Positions 25,179 to 37,807 of a stretch of DNA of 64,000 bases are shown here, piece by piece. Origin of the DNA: Squalus acanthias (Eukaryota). The stretch lies in NCBI GenBank assembly GCA_030390025.1, contig CM059432.1, forward strand, positions 77,626,001 through 77,690,000, written 5' to 3'. A program made the position numbers and the translations under genes. Positions within the stretch are counted from its first letter, which is position 1; each line of letters opens with the position of its first letter. The notes beneath the pieces were generated by a model. That model worked only from the letters and a program-made list of their open reading frames with translations, was not told where the DNA came from and did no database searches.

Positions 25179-25539
25179 CTTTGCTCGACATGATCTAATC
25201 TCTTTTTGTCTTGGATTATAAGGGATTATGATTTCCAGCATTTCTGACCCACTAAACTGGAGAAGCTCTGCCAGACTGTACAGAAAAAAGTCTTTGTATG
25301 CAAGACAAAACTGAGCTTTTTGTGGTCTGTCGGACAATATAGACCCGTGTGTGTGGTATTTTGTTTATGTAAAGAAGCGTTCATTTCCACAACAGTATAA
25401 TCTAGCGAAGGTGCCGTGGATCCAAATGCTTTCTTCAGAATTGCTTCATAAGTATGGAACATAAGTTTCTAAATGTTCTTGTCTATCTTTATTATTGGAA
25501 TATAGTTTCATTGTCACAATGTGTCTCTGAGCTCTATTA
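25179..25539 (-). pseudogene. Candidate decayed exon of an unidentified gene
   Basis: About 120 codons in one frame with only two stops (YL*SNSEESIWIHGTFARLYCCGNERFFT*TK...FCLAYKDFFLYSLAELLQFSGSEMLEIIIPYNP), starting after an AG. Confidence 0.4.
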
Positions 25540-25903
25540 CTACAGTAACCAGGAATAAAGATGGTTGTCAATAAAAAATATGCAGGCTCTGGAATTCTTG
25601 GGCTTGAAATGGCAGAAAGCCTGATTTCCACCTGGAGGACCAGGAATTTGGGACTGAACCTGGTTATGGGATTTCACCTGGTTCAAGCTGGCCCTTTAAA
25701 TTCCAATCGGTGGCTGTGGATGGATCCTGCCCCCACTACATCAAGGGTGTGTGTCTGGGCTGCAAGAAGATTTCCCTTAATATACCATTTATATTTTCCA
25801 TGGCTCAGTGAGTCTATCCAGCATGTAGCTAAACCAAACAGACCAGAAGCTCCCAAGTTTAATTGATGGTCTGTGTTGAGTTAGTTTCCTTTTCCTTGAG
25901 AAT

Positions 25904-26329
25904 AGAAACATAGAATCTAGGTGCAGGAGTAGGCCATTCGGCCCGTCGAGCCTGCTCCACCATTCAATACGATCATGGCTGATCATCCAAATCCAGTACC
26001 CTGTCCCTGCTTTAATCCCCACAGTACACATATCCCACCCTACCCCCGTAACCCCACATATTTAATTCCCCCTAACATATCCCATCCTATCCCCATAACT
26101 CCACATATTTAATCCCCCCCTAACACTAAGGGTCAATTTATCATAGCCAAATCAACCTACCCCGCACATTTTTGGACTGTGGGAGGAAACCGGAGCACCC
26201 GGAGGAAACCCACGCAGACACGGGGAGAATGTGCAAACTCCACACAGACAGTCACCCGAGGTCAGATTCGAACCCGGGTCTCTGGCGCTGTGAGGCACCA
26301 GTGCTAACCACTATGCCACCGTGTTGCCC
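25904..26329 (-). mobile_element. HE1-like V-SINE
   Basis: tRNA head GGTGGCATAGTGGTTAGC...GGTTCGAATC; V domain GTGGGTTTCCTCCGGGTGCTCCGGTTTCCTCCCACA; CR1-like tail; TSD AGAAT. Confidence 0.9.
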
Positions 26330-27070
26330 AGAATGACATGGGAGACTCATTAGCATATTATTAAAAAATCTTGCAAAAAGTACGCAATGTCTGTCCACAG
26401 TGTTACTTCCTGTAACATTTTTTACAACAATATTTATATTAATATTTACAATGCAAACTGCTTATGCAAAAATTTATAATGGCAAAACCCTTATCTAAAC
26501 AGGTTAATGCTTTATAATGGGTAAACTGTAAACATGTTGTCATCAGTTTGTTGATGAACCAATCAAAACACTCAAAATGCTTTTTGAAACAAGTTTCATT
26601 CACCATTTTTCCCTCACTAACTTATATTTCTAGATCCTGAAAATCCATGGGTGTTCTGCTTGTCTCCCGCCGTGACTCCATCAAGAGACCAGCAGAACAC
26701 ACCGAAAACAGCACGGACCAAATTACACTGGATTTCTGCCATTTCCAGGATTTTCCAGCATGCCTTATAAGTGTCGGAAACTCTGCCTACCACTTGCAAG
26801 ACACATGTCATCGGGGATGGAATCAGGGGCGAGTATTCCCAAGCCACAACTTCTTGACTCCCCAGTTTATTTAGGAATTGGCGTTGTATTAGAGGCAGGT
26901 ACAGCGAGTGAGATGAGGCATACCAGAAGGACGGTAGGGAGCCCAATCGGGGAGGGGCAGGGAATCCACGCCAGAGAAGTGGCCGGGACCCCAGAATATG
27001 TCCTAATTTAAAAAAACACAAGATTGGCTCCATTGCACAGGGGACTGATGGAGGTCTGCATGTGGTCTGC

Positions 27071-27260
27071 GGGGAAGGTAGAGTGAGAATAAAGGGATGG
27101 AGTGAGAATAAGGGGAAGGTAGAGTGAGAATAAAGGGATGGAGTGAGAATAAGGGGAAGGTAGAGTGAGAATAAAGGGATGGATTGAGTATAAGGGGATG
27201 GTAGAGTGAGAATAAGGGGATGGAGTGAGAATAAGGGGATGGAGTGAGGATACGGAGTGA
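27071..27260. repeat. Purine-rich minisatellite (GAGTGAGAATAAGGGGA units, ~19/22 bp alternating)
   Basis: Direct tandem repeats visible in the sequence. Confidence 0.9.
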
Positions 27261-28035
27261 GGAGAAGGGGTATAACAAAGAAATTGTGTGTCAATTATTG
27301 TACAGAATGTAATGTGATGATCCAACATTTTTCTTATTGTAATTCCATAAGTCCATGTAATTGTGCTAGCTTATTGAATTTCAATGATAATTCTGCCTTT
27401 ATAGTGCTCCAGTTCAAGGTATTGCATGTTCCATTATGAATCACTAATATTTTGCTATAGGTTATACTTTCACGGTAATTTAACACTGAAGCAACCTTAT
27501 GTTATCAGTGATGTAAAATCTTCAATCAATTTGGTTTGTAATGTATTGAACTAAGGCCCAGTGTATAGTATGTCTCGTGATATATGACCAACATAGCACA
27601 GTATGATTTAGCAATAATATGTGATCATAACTATATGACAAGGATGGAAAAATCAATTTTTTTTTCTCACAAGACCATATAGCATCTTAGAAATGCTATT
27701 TAGAATTTGTTGCCATCTGTTTCAAGCGCTTCAATGTCTTACGTGATACAATACCTAAATTCAAGTATTTAAATTTTATAGAGTGTATTCTCCACAATGT
27801 TTGGAGCATAGTGAGTTTTGTGCCTGTTGGATTCACATGTGCCTGACACCACGGATTCTTCCAAAGTCAGTCCTGTTTAAATAATCATAGCGGATTCTGG
27901 ATATCTGACACTACTGCAGGGAATTAAAAGCCTGCAGAAGCACTTTAAAGGGGAAATCGCTTTTGGAAGATAAAACTTCTCTGCAATCAACTCACCTTGA
28001 GAAAATGGAATAGAGGCAGAACAGAGTAATAAGGT

Positions 28036-28563
28036 ATAAGTAATAAGTAATAACAAACGCAGATTGGGCGACTGCTTTGCGGAACACCTCCGTTCAGTCC
28101 GTAAGGGTGACCCTGAGCTTCTGGTCGCCTGTCACTTTAATTCTCCGCTTCACTCCCACTCTGATCTCTCTGTCCTCAACCTCTTACATTGTTCCAATGA
28201 AGCTCAACGTAAGCTCGAGGAGCAGCACCTCATCTTTCGATTAGGCACTTTACAGCCTTCTGGACTCAACATTGAGTTCAACAATTTCAGATCATAACCC
28301 CTGCTCCCATTTTTCATGCTGTATGATTTTGTCATCCCCATTTGCAACATTTTATCTTTCCTGCCTCTTACCTTAGCACAGGATGTTCCTTCAATTCCTT
28401 CCCCCCCTCCCCTCCCTGTCTCTGCACCTGCTTAAAATCTGTTACATCTCCAGCTTTTTCCAGTTCTGATGAAGGGTCCCAGACCTGAAACGTTAACTCT
28501 GTTTCTCTCTCCATGGATGCTGCCTGACCTGCTGAGTGTTTCCAGCATTTTCTGTTGTGATTT
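28036..28563 (+). mobile_element. 5'-truncated Penelope-like element (GIY-YIG C-terminus plus pLTR)
   Basis: GDCFAEHLRSV...VACHFN...RKLEEQHLIFRLGTLQPSGLN; 14-bp TSD CAGAGTAATAAGGT (28022-28035, 28564-28577). Confidence 0.9.
28462..28498 (+). ncRNA. Minimal hammerhead ribozyme motif
   Basis: AGTT-CTGATGA-A-GGGTC(CCA)GACCT-GAAA-CG-TT-AACT. Confidence 0.75.
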
Positions 28564-29249
28564 CAGAGTAATAAGGTTCACTGATGGCTACGAAGAGGTG
28601 CTGCTGACTGAAGTGTGATAGAGGAGGGTGGTCCTGTTTGTCACTAGAGGGCACGATCCACATAAGCAAGTTGTACAGATTGAATCAGAGGAGATGTTGT
28701 GTTAACCACTCAAAGGATGTGGCAACAAGTGTGAAAAAGTACAGGGACCTCAGCAATTCAGCCAAAGTAACAATACTCACCATTACCTTCTATGATATAA
28801 CAAGGCAAAGTCTGCATGCTACAAGGTGTTTCCTCCGTTACAGTCCATTAAAGTTTACCATGCATTTCCAGTCTGCATCAGGCACACTTTGAATCTCTTT
28901 TTATACTCACATCCTTAAAGAGTTTTACCCCCAAAATCCTTCCATTTGAATCTTGTTGCATAATGCATAATGACACCCACAGGGGCTCAGAATGGCCGCT
29001 TGGGCCTTATTATATGTACTTCTGACACTTCTAACCTCTTATTTCTGCCTCTCTCTCCGCTTGCACGATAATGTGCCACAAAACGGAGGTGGTACGGGGA
29101 GGCAGGCAACCAACCCGCTCCCAGGTGGCGGTTGGTAATTTAAATATTATAATGAGGCTGCGTATTTCAAATTTAACTCTGGCCGGCCGGCTTTCCCGGG
29201 CCTCGGGAATCCTGCTGAGTAAAGGGAGGCGAGGAGTCATGGAGTCATA

Positions 29250-30001
29250 GGGCTGGATTTTGAATGACCCATGGAGTCGGGTTTGGAGGCGTGTGGGGGG
29301 TTAAATTTGCGGGGTCGGGGTTTCCGACCCCATCCCGACTCCATCCCGCCTCCACGCAATTTTGACATAATCAGTCGCGGGGTTCCCGATTCCGTCCCGC
29401 ATCCAAGAGGCGGGAGAGGCCATTAAACCCCTTAACAAGCTCTAAATTGGCTCTGTAATGCGATTTTGAAACGCTGTAGCTAGTTTAACCCTCTTCTGAT
29501 GTGAAGCACGCCTGGTGTGAAACACTCCAGTGAAACCTGGCGGGAGCACAAGTGGATAGCTGACTTTCGGCTGCAAGTCCACTATTACAACGGAGATGTG
29601 ATGAAGGTGGTAGTGGTACTAGTATTAGGTCTGAACATTGCCTGTGATGCTGTTGCATTGAATGTCTTAAGAGACTGCCTGGCAGGACTTACTTGGCAAA
29701 AAAATTCTCTCTCTCTCTCTCTCTCTCTCTCGTCTGCATCCAGGTCCACTCACATCATAAGCCAGGCAACCCCTCTCTCTCACCAACAGTCTCTGAAACT
29801 AGGCAGTCAGCAATGATGACATCATCAGAGGCGGGTTTCAGACTGAAAACACTAATTAGTTCATGGGTTCCCACATGCTCCAATTTAATTGCCCAATTAA
29901 GTGAAAATTGCATCAGGCACCCACATTAATCTGGAGTCGGGGGGGAAACACGAAATGCGGATTACACGACCCCAACCCGACCCCAGGACAAAATCCAGCC
30001 C
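29250..30001. mobile_element. Harbinger-type MITE
   Basis: TIR GGGCTGGATTTTG / CAAAATCCAGCCC; TSD ATA. Confidence 0.9.
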
Positions 30002-30027
30002 ATAGAGTCTAGACTCATAGAGTCATA

Positions 30028-30716
30028 GGGCTGGATTTTGATAATGGGGCGGGTTGGGGTCGTGTCATCCACTTTTCGTGTTATCCACCCGACTGCAATT
30101 GGATGTGGGAGATTGATGCAATTTTCACCTAATTGGGCAATTGAGTTCCAGCATGTGGGAACCCATGAACCAATTAGTGTTTTCAGTCTGAAAGTCGCCT
30201 CTGATGATGTCATCATTGCTGCTGCATTGAAGGTCTTCAGAGACTGCCTGGCCTTTGCTGTGAGAGGACCTGGATGCAGAATGAGCAGCAGCAGCCCTAA
30301 GTCTGCTCCCAGATATTTTTACACCACCACTCCCAGATATGTCTTCTCTCCATCCATCCATATATGCATCCATCCACATAGCCATCCATATATGCATCCC
30401 AACAGCCAGCCAGCCTGCCTGCCTGCCGTGCTCCCGCCAGGTTTCACATTCGTGGTTCACAACAGGCGTGCTTCACGTAGAAAAAGGGTTAAAATCACAA
30501 AGGCCTTTCAAAATGGCATTATAGAGGCAATTTAGTGCTTGTTAAGGGCCTTAACAGCCTATCCCGCCTCTTAGAGGCCGGACGGAGTCGGGACCATCAG
30601 ACACGATTTAATGAAAATTGCGTGGATGCGGGATTGTGCCCGCCCGCCAGTTTTCGCAATTTTAACCCCCCACACGCCTCCAAACCCACCTCCACGGGTC
30701 AATGAAAATCCAGCCC
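30028..30716. mobile_element. Harbinger-type MITE, opposite orientation to its neighbour
   Basis: Same TIR; flanks ATA/AAA; reverse complement of 3628-4281. Confidence 0.9.
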
Positions 30717-30877
30717 AAAGAGTCATAAAGGCACAGAAGGAGGCCATTCGGCCCATCGAGTCCGTGCCGGCTCTCTGTGGAGCAATCCAGTCAGTCCCAT
30801 TCCCCCACTCTATCTCCGTAGCCCTGCAAGTTTATTTCCCTCAAGTGTCTATAAAGTCTCCCCTTGAAAACATTGAG

Positions 30878-31750
30878 GGGGAGAAATTCGGTATCGCCCC
30901 GTTTGGGGCGCAATTATCGGCCGGGCGCAAAGTTTAGCACCTAGCGCTAATTATCGCCTCCGACTGCAAACTTGGCTTCTATCGCCCCTGGAGGTGATTG
31001 GAGCGCTAAATCAGGCGCTACACACCTCTCTTAAGAGGCTAACGCCGAAGAGCGAGGCGCTACCTCAGAGCGCTGGCGAAGCTCATGTGATGTCAGTCAG
31101 CAATGGAACACAGACACACTGGCGCCGGCCAGTTCTTAAAGGGGAGGGTCGATCTTGCTCTCCATCCACACCCTGCTCATTGCAGCCTTGAATCTTGGCC
31201 TGTAGAGACCTGTACATCAATTCTGCTGGAAAGAACAATGGAGAGTCCCAGGGAAAGAGCTCAGAATGCAGCCCCCCAAGTCTCTTCTAAATCGATGCAA
31301 GGAAGGTCAAATCAAAATGAACCTGCAAAGTGCTGCTCAATACCCAAAACTCCTTCACACAGCGTTGAATCTCTCCAGAAGTCTCTCTCTCTCAGAATGC
31401 GTGGTGCAAAAATGTCACCTACAAAAAAAGGCAGGAAGCGGCCGCCTTTAAATAGCGCTCCCCCAGTCCCTTCCCAACTGCAAAACGTTCCCCTCTACCT
31501 GTCATTGCTAGCGGCAGGCGGAAAGGCAGGGGGCGCCACTCAATATCCGGTCCGGGGCGCTACCGGGGCGTTGCACGCTCGACTGACGTCACGATCTGCG
31601 GGCACAGGAGATCGTGGCGGTAGTGTTTAGCGCCACCACAAAATGTCTGGTCAATTTTGCGAGCGGCACAAACTTCACCGCGCCCCGGCGCTAGTTGCTT
31701 TGCGCTCTTAGGGCGCTAACGGGAGGCGTTAATCAACCGAACTTTTCCCC
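30878..31750. mobile_element. GC/CpG-rich Harbinger-type MITE
   Basis: TIR GGGGAGAAATTCGG / CCGAACTTTTCCCC; apparent TSD GAG; related to 37808, 49066 and 49634. Confidence 0.85.
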
Positions 31751-31855
31751 GAGTGTCTCTGTTTCCGCCACTTCCGTCGGCAGCGAGTTCCAGGTCCTCA
31801 TCACTCGCTGTGTAAAAAAGTTTTTCCTCACATCCCCCCTCTATCTCGTGCCCAA

Positions 31856-32393
31856 AACAACAACAACAAGAACAACTTGCATTTATATAGCACCTTCAAC
31901 GTAGCAAAACGTCCCAAGGCGCTGCACAGGAGTATTTTAAGACAAAAAATTTGACACCGATCCACATAAGGATAAATTAGGGAAGGTGACCAAAAGCTTG
32001 GTCAAAGAGGTAGGTTTTAAGGAACGTCTTAAAGGAGGAAAGAGAGGTAGCGAGGCGGAGAGGTTTAGGCAGGAAATTCCAGAGCTTAGGGTCTAGGCAA
32101 CAGAAGGCATGGCCACCAATGGTTGTGTGATTATAATCAGGGATGCTCAAGAGGGCAGAATTAGAGGAGCGCAGATATCTCGGGGGGTTGTGGGGCTGAA
32201 GGAGATTACAGAGATAGGAAGGGTCGAGGCCATGGAGGGATTTGAAAACAAGGATGAGAATTTTGAAATCGAGGCGCTGCTTAACTGGGAGCCAATGTAG
32301 GTCAGCGAGCACAGGGGTGATGAGCGAACAGGACTTGGTGCGTGTTAGGACACGGGCAGTCGAGTTTGGATGACCTCAAGCTTACGTAGGGTG
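31856..32393 (-). mobile_element. L2 3' fragment
   Basis: LADLHWLPVKQRLDFKILILVFKSLHG...KTYLF; (TTG)n tail at 31856-31876. Confidence 0.9.
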
Positions 32394-33779
32394 AAATGTG
32401 TGTCCCCTAGTCCTTGTACCTTCACCTAGTGGGAACAGCCTTTCCCCATCTAGCCTATCCAAACCTGTCATAATCTTGTACACCTCTATCAAACCACCCC
32501 TCAAACTCTTTTGCTCTAATAAAAGCAAATCCAGCTTCTCCAACCTGTCCTTGTAGCTAAGATCCCCCATCCCTGGAACCATTCTGGTAAATCTCCTCTG
32601 CACCTTCTCAAGAGCCTTCACATCCTTCCTTAAGTGTGGTGACCAGAACTGGACGCAATACTCCAGTTGTGGCCTAACCAGCGCTTTATAAAGGTTCAGC
32701 ATAACTTCTCTACTTTTGTACTAAATACCTCTATTTATGAAGCCCAAGATCCCATATGCTTTGCTAACCACTCTCTCAATATGTCCTGCCACCTTCTGGG
32801 ACCTATGCACATTAACTCCCAGGTCCCTCTCTCCCTGCACACTCTTTAAATATGTGCCATTAAGTGTATATTGCTGCTCCCTGTTCCTTCTGCCAAAATG
32901 CATCACCTCACACTTCTCTGTATTAAATTCCATCTGCCACTTGTCTACCCATTCTGCTAGCCTTTCTATGTCCTGCTACAGTCAATTGGAATCATCCTCA
33001 CTGTTTGCCACATCCCCAAGTTTGGTGTCATCGGCAAATTTAGAAATTCTACACTGTATTCCAATATCCAGGTCATTTATATATATCAAAAGAAGCAGTG
33101 GCCCCAGCACTGACCCTTGGGGAACACCACTGTCTACCATCCTCCAGTCTGAAAAACAGCCATTTACCACAACTCGCTGTTTTCTATCCTTAAGCCAATT
33201 CCTTATCCAAGCTGCCACTGACCCACCAATTCCATGAGCCTCAATTTTGTTAACCAGCCTTCTATATGATGACTGCTGGATCCAGGAGGTAAATACCTTT
33301 CCACTTAGCTGCTGGATCCAGCGTACTTGCTTCACTAACCCCCCGTGATCGGACACTCCCCCTGACTCTTCCATTTCCCCCCCAACCTCCACCATGAGGC
33401 CTCCGACCTGAGGCCTCCGACCTCACACCCGAGACCTTCGATCCCACCCCCGAGGCCTCCGATCGCATCCCCAAAGTCTTCGGTCTACCACCACCCCACC
33501 CTCCCCCCCCAACCGGCCTCCAATCCATCAGATCTCTGATCCCTCCCTCCCCGGCCTCCAATCTCCCACCCCACCCTCCCCCACCCCCTCGGCCTCCGAG
33601 CTCCTACCTCCTACCCCCAGCATCCGATCCCTCAGGCCTCCGATCTATGACACCCACCCCACTCCGGCCTCCGATCCCTCAGGCCTTTGATCTACGACCC
33701 CCACACCCTCCCTACCCCCCCAGCCTCTAACACCCCCCAGCCTCCGGTACCTTCCTCCCTCCTCTCCGCTCCCCGGCTG

Positions 33780-34180
33780 TGGCTCTTTCCCCAGAGCCCT
33801 GCAAATTTTTCCTTTTCAAGTATATATCCAATTCCCTTTTAAAAGTTACTATTGAATCTGCTTCCACCAGTTTTTTAGATAGTGCATTCCAGATCGTAAC
33901 AACTCGCTGCATAAAAAAAAGTCTAACTTCCCACTGGAATTTTTGCCAATTATCTTAAATCTGTGTCCTCTGGTTACTGACCCTCCTGCCAGTGAAAACA
34001 GTTTCTCCTTATTTACTCTATCAAAACCCTTCATAATTTTGAACACCTCTATTAAGTCCCTCCTTAACCTTCTCTGCTCAAAGGAGAAAAGTCCCTCCTT
34101 CTCCAGTCTCTCCACATAACTGAAGTGCCTCATCTCTGGTACCATCCTAGTAAATCTCCTCTGCATCCTCTCCAAGGCCC
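33780..34180 (-). mobile_element. CR1 3' fragment
   Basis: ERMQRRFTRMVP...RDLIEVFKIMKG. Confidence 0.85.
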
Positions 34181-34361
34181 TCTTCTACTTCTATGCATAA
34201 TGAGCCTACTGCTCAAAACAACCAGGAATGATGAACGGAAATGTACAGGTCATGAGTGTCTAATGTTTTGTTAACTGAATGACGAAACCCTACCAGCAGT
34301 AATGATACCACTGGTCAAAGAGCACCGTCTTACACATGTTAAATGCAACATATTCTAAACA

Positions 34362-34589
34362 TACCAGCAGTAATACAGTGACACACCGCCACTCCCAGAT
34401 TACCAGCAGTAATACAGTAACACTGCCACTCCTGGATTACCAGCAGTAATACAGTAACACTGCCACTCCTGGATTACCAGCAGTAATACAGTGACACACC
34501 GCCACTCCCAGATTACCAGCAGTAATACAGTAACACTGCCACTCCTGGATTACCATCAGTTATACAGTAACACAACGCCACTCCCAGCT
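34362..34589. repeat. Minisatellite of 39/37-bp units (pattern A-B-B-A-B-degenerate)
   Basis: TACCAGCAGTAATACAGT(G/A)ACAC...GCCACTCC(CA/TG)GAT, six units. Confidence 0.9.
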
Positions 34590-37500
34590 ATAGGCCTCTC
34601 TATGGAAACAAGAGGATTACACATATCTTCACACCCTCTCCAAGTGTTATTTCGTGGGCACATGGTGGGGATGCTAGATTGCAACAAAAGTGTAGTCTCG
34701 GTTGATTCACTTTCCTTCCACCCATCTCATTGACTGCGACCTTTTATGATGGCTGGACCAAAAATCAGCACTCGCTTTCTGGAAAAAGTCTAAATTTGAA
34801 TACCATAAGAGTCTACAACTTAAGCCAGGGTTTCTAAATTTCTGGCACACATTAAACTAATAAGATTCACCACTGGTGATCACTCTAATATTCTATTAAC
34901 TATGTATAATATAGCTGTCCATAAACTAGTTAATAATGGCAAATTAAACATGTATCAAAAATGTTTTTAATGCAAATAATTTGTGCCTAGAAAACCATGT
35001 GGAAAGATGAAGAGTTTCTCTTTGAGGTTCTTTGGTTTGTCCATGATGCTGTTAGTTTTATTGAGAGTTGTTTTGTCTTTTAGCTTGTTTGATTTGATTG
35101 GAAAAGAGGTTAGTCTTTGAGGTTGTTTCTTTTGAGAAAGGGAATTGAGGGCTATAGAGAACTGCTCAACTTTTTTTTCAAATAAAATAACTTAGTGTCC
35201 CTTAAAGTAGGGGATCAACAGGTAGATATGGGGGAGGGAAGATGCCTGGGGTAGAATAATTATATATGGATTCTGGATGGAGAATGAGTCAGGGGCCAAA
35301 TGGCCTTTTCTCACTACAAATTGGATTGACTGGGAAGATTTTGAGGACTAACTGTATGGATGAGGAGTAAACTGAGCCAAAGAACTGAGCCTAGCCTTTC
35401 TCAATTTGGATAGTCTTAATAAACAGAGGCAAGTATGAATTTTTGCCTGCTCAGTTCTGATTTGGTTTTGAATTTTATTAAAAGGGCAGAATTCCAGATT
35501 TGGAAATATAAAAGAATTTGCACGCACAAGTGTTCTTGTGGTTCTAAACAAATGAGTCGGGGGGATCTGAGTTTCACTACGAGTTCCCATACATGCATGT
35601 TCAAATTTTTGGTGGTTTGCAAGCCAACTGAGTGCGTGCTCAGAACAAAACAAGCTATACATCAAAATCTCGACTAGTATACTCATCACAGGGACTTATG
35701 AGAGATTAAGAATCATCAGTAAACATCAGTACAGTAAATCACATATGCATATTATAGGTAACCATTCATTTAGGGGGAGGAATTGGAGACCATAAAATTT
35801 GGTATCTGTAAAACTGAAGATCAGATCCTGATTCTATTCCTAGATCTGCCATCCCCCTTAACCAGGAAAGCACATCAGAAGAAAGCATTGAACCAGAAAG
35901 CCCATTTGCCCCATCAAGCCCATTCCTTCCACAGACCAAATAAAGACCGCTCACTCATAGACCCTGCCCCACCCATTTAATTTACGGAGGAAAGCTTCTC
36001 CAAAGTTTTCGCCTGCCTCTCAAATGTAAATTATGCCCAGAAAGTCTACCCAACTTTATATCCTACTGTAACAGAGAGAGAGCGAGGGACGATATGTATG
36101 CCATAGATTTTTGAGAGCACTGTATCCACGACAGGGGTACAAATTTAAGAAGTTACATAAAATGTCAGAATGACCAAGTCAAAGTGGTATAGCTTTAAGA
36201 AATCATTGACCTTAATTACCTTTAATCAGGAACGACTCCCAGCCTGTAAGGATAAATAGTTTAGTTTGGGAAGAAGAGTTTGGAGAGGAAGGAACTGAGA
36301 GTGAGAAGGTGTATGCTAGAAAGTAATCCTTCACTGTTTTGTTCATTGCTGCACATTGTTTGAAGGCCAGAAGTACGCCTCCGCCTCATCATTTGGAGTC
36401 ACCTTTTGCAATACCAGTGTAGGCTAGATTGGCTGCGGGTCTGTCACCTTGGATCCTAACTTTCTTTCTTGATATTTCCATAGTCCAAGCATGTTTAGGA
36501 ACCATTGTTTTTGGAAGTGCATTTAATCATCTCTATCTGTATTTATCCTCATAATCCTTAATCCTGCACCTAACCAGATATTCATTTTTAATGGTGTTAA
36601 TCAATAAAGCATTAACTGCTTTGGATAAGAGGCTATTGCCTTCTAATGTGAAGTCTTGCTTGTGGCTTGTTAATTTTATACTCATATCCTTTAATTCTGC
36701 ATGCATAGTCCAAGTAATATTACCTACTTACACTTTCCTTTTATCTCAACATTTTAACAAAATATATCTTCCCTCAGTCTTTTTTCTTCCAGTGAAATTA
36801 AATTCAGTTCTGTGAGCCTCCCTTCATTACTTAGAGCCCTAAATTCCAGAAACAACTACGCTGCTCTTCTCTGAACCTTGTCCAATGCACAAAACCTTCT
36901 TGACAGCAGATGTCCAAACCTGTGCACAACATTGTCCTCACCAAAGGTTTATACAAAATCAGATTGAGCTGCAGTCAAATGTCTCTGAGCTATATCTCAA
37001 TGCATGATTAGTCTTTTGACAACAGCTTCACATTGATTGTCAGTTTTAAGTAAATGGTCAATAATCACATTCAAGTGCTTTTTCATCTTTGCCAATGGAC
37101 ACTTCTTCATCATATCTAAAAAAATTTATGTTCCTGTACCAATGTACTTTCCATGTTTCCTTTTCAAAATCAATCAGCCATTCCTTAGCTTATCTGCTTA
37201 AGAGGCCTTATGCATGTTGACCTGTCACCAGCAGATTTCATAATATTAGAAGAAGTACCATCTTTCATTTCATCTATAGACCTAGACCTGACCCCTAAAC
37301 AAATCTATGGGGTGAATAATGCAGTCCCCACATAGAGCCATCAGGCCAGTGCAGTTCAGATACTTCATGCACCTGCACACAAATGAGTTGATTTTACCAC
37401 ATGTTGTCGGGTCAGAATGAGAATACTTTAATGGTGTTGCCAGTTGGGAGTTTGATAAAGTCACAATGATAGGAGTTCCAACATCAGCAGATGTTCTAGC

Positions 37501-37807
37501 GCTCAGGCACTGGAGGTGCTGCAACAAAAGATGGGCCTATTAGAAGGAAAGGGCAATCCTACAATAAGGAATACTGCTACAGCAACATGGATGGAGGTGA
37601 TTAAGTGCAGGTGAGGCCCAGCCTACTGTGCAGTATAAAAATTGCCTGCATTTATACAGTGCCTTTAATGTAATAAAACATCCCAAGGCGCTTCACAGGA
37701 GGGTAATCCGATAAAAAAAATTGAAAAAGAAAATACACAACGAACACTATAATGTCCTTGTATAAGACCTTGGTTAGATTTCATCTAAAATACTGTGTGC
37801 TGTCTTT

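Larger units (their letters stand above)
28005..28770 (+). pseudogene. Old Harbinger Myb/SANT exon-1 remnant split by a Penelope insertion
   Basis: Rejoined reading ME*RQNRVIRFTDGYEEVLLTEV**RRVVLF...KYRDLSNSAK followed by GTAAC. Confidence 0.55.
29234..33267 (-). mobile_element. CR1 LINE with four nested insertions
   Basis: RT pieces at 32394-33267 ([35 protein letters not shown]), 31751-31855 and 30717-30877; (GACTCTAT)n tail pieces at 29234-29249 and 30002-30027. Confidence 0.85.
29080..33770. mobile_element. Old non-autonomous DNA element split by a CR1 (arms ~29080-29233 and 33268-33770)
   Basis: Joining AAAGGGAGGCGAG to GACTGCTGGATCCAGGAGGTAA reproduces the contiguous homolog at ~59000-59220. 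Confidence 0.65.

Noticed and set aside
26617..27328. Repetitive ORFs (PLFSLYLP / PYSHSIP)
   Set aside because: They are translations of the purine-rich minisatellite and an adjacent MITE-like element.
27990..27999. Perfect minus-strand donor AAG|GTGAGT
   Set aside because: The upstream sequence is the antisense of a Harbinger Myb remnant, so the match is probably coincidental.
34362..34589. CRISPR-like array of 37-39-bp repeats
   Set aside because: Units are contiguous with no unique spacers, there are no cas genes, and the context is eukaryotic; it is a minisatellite.
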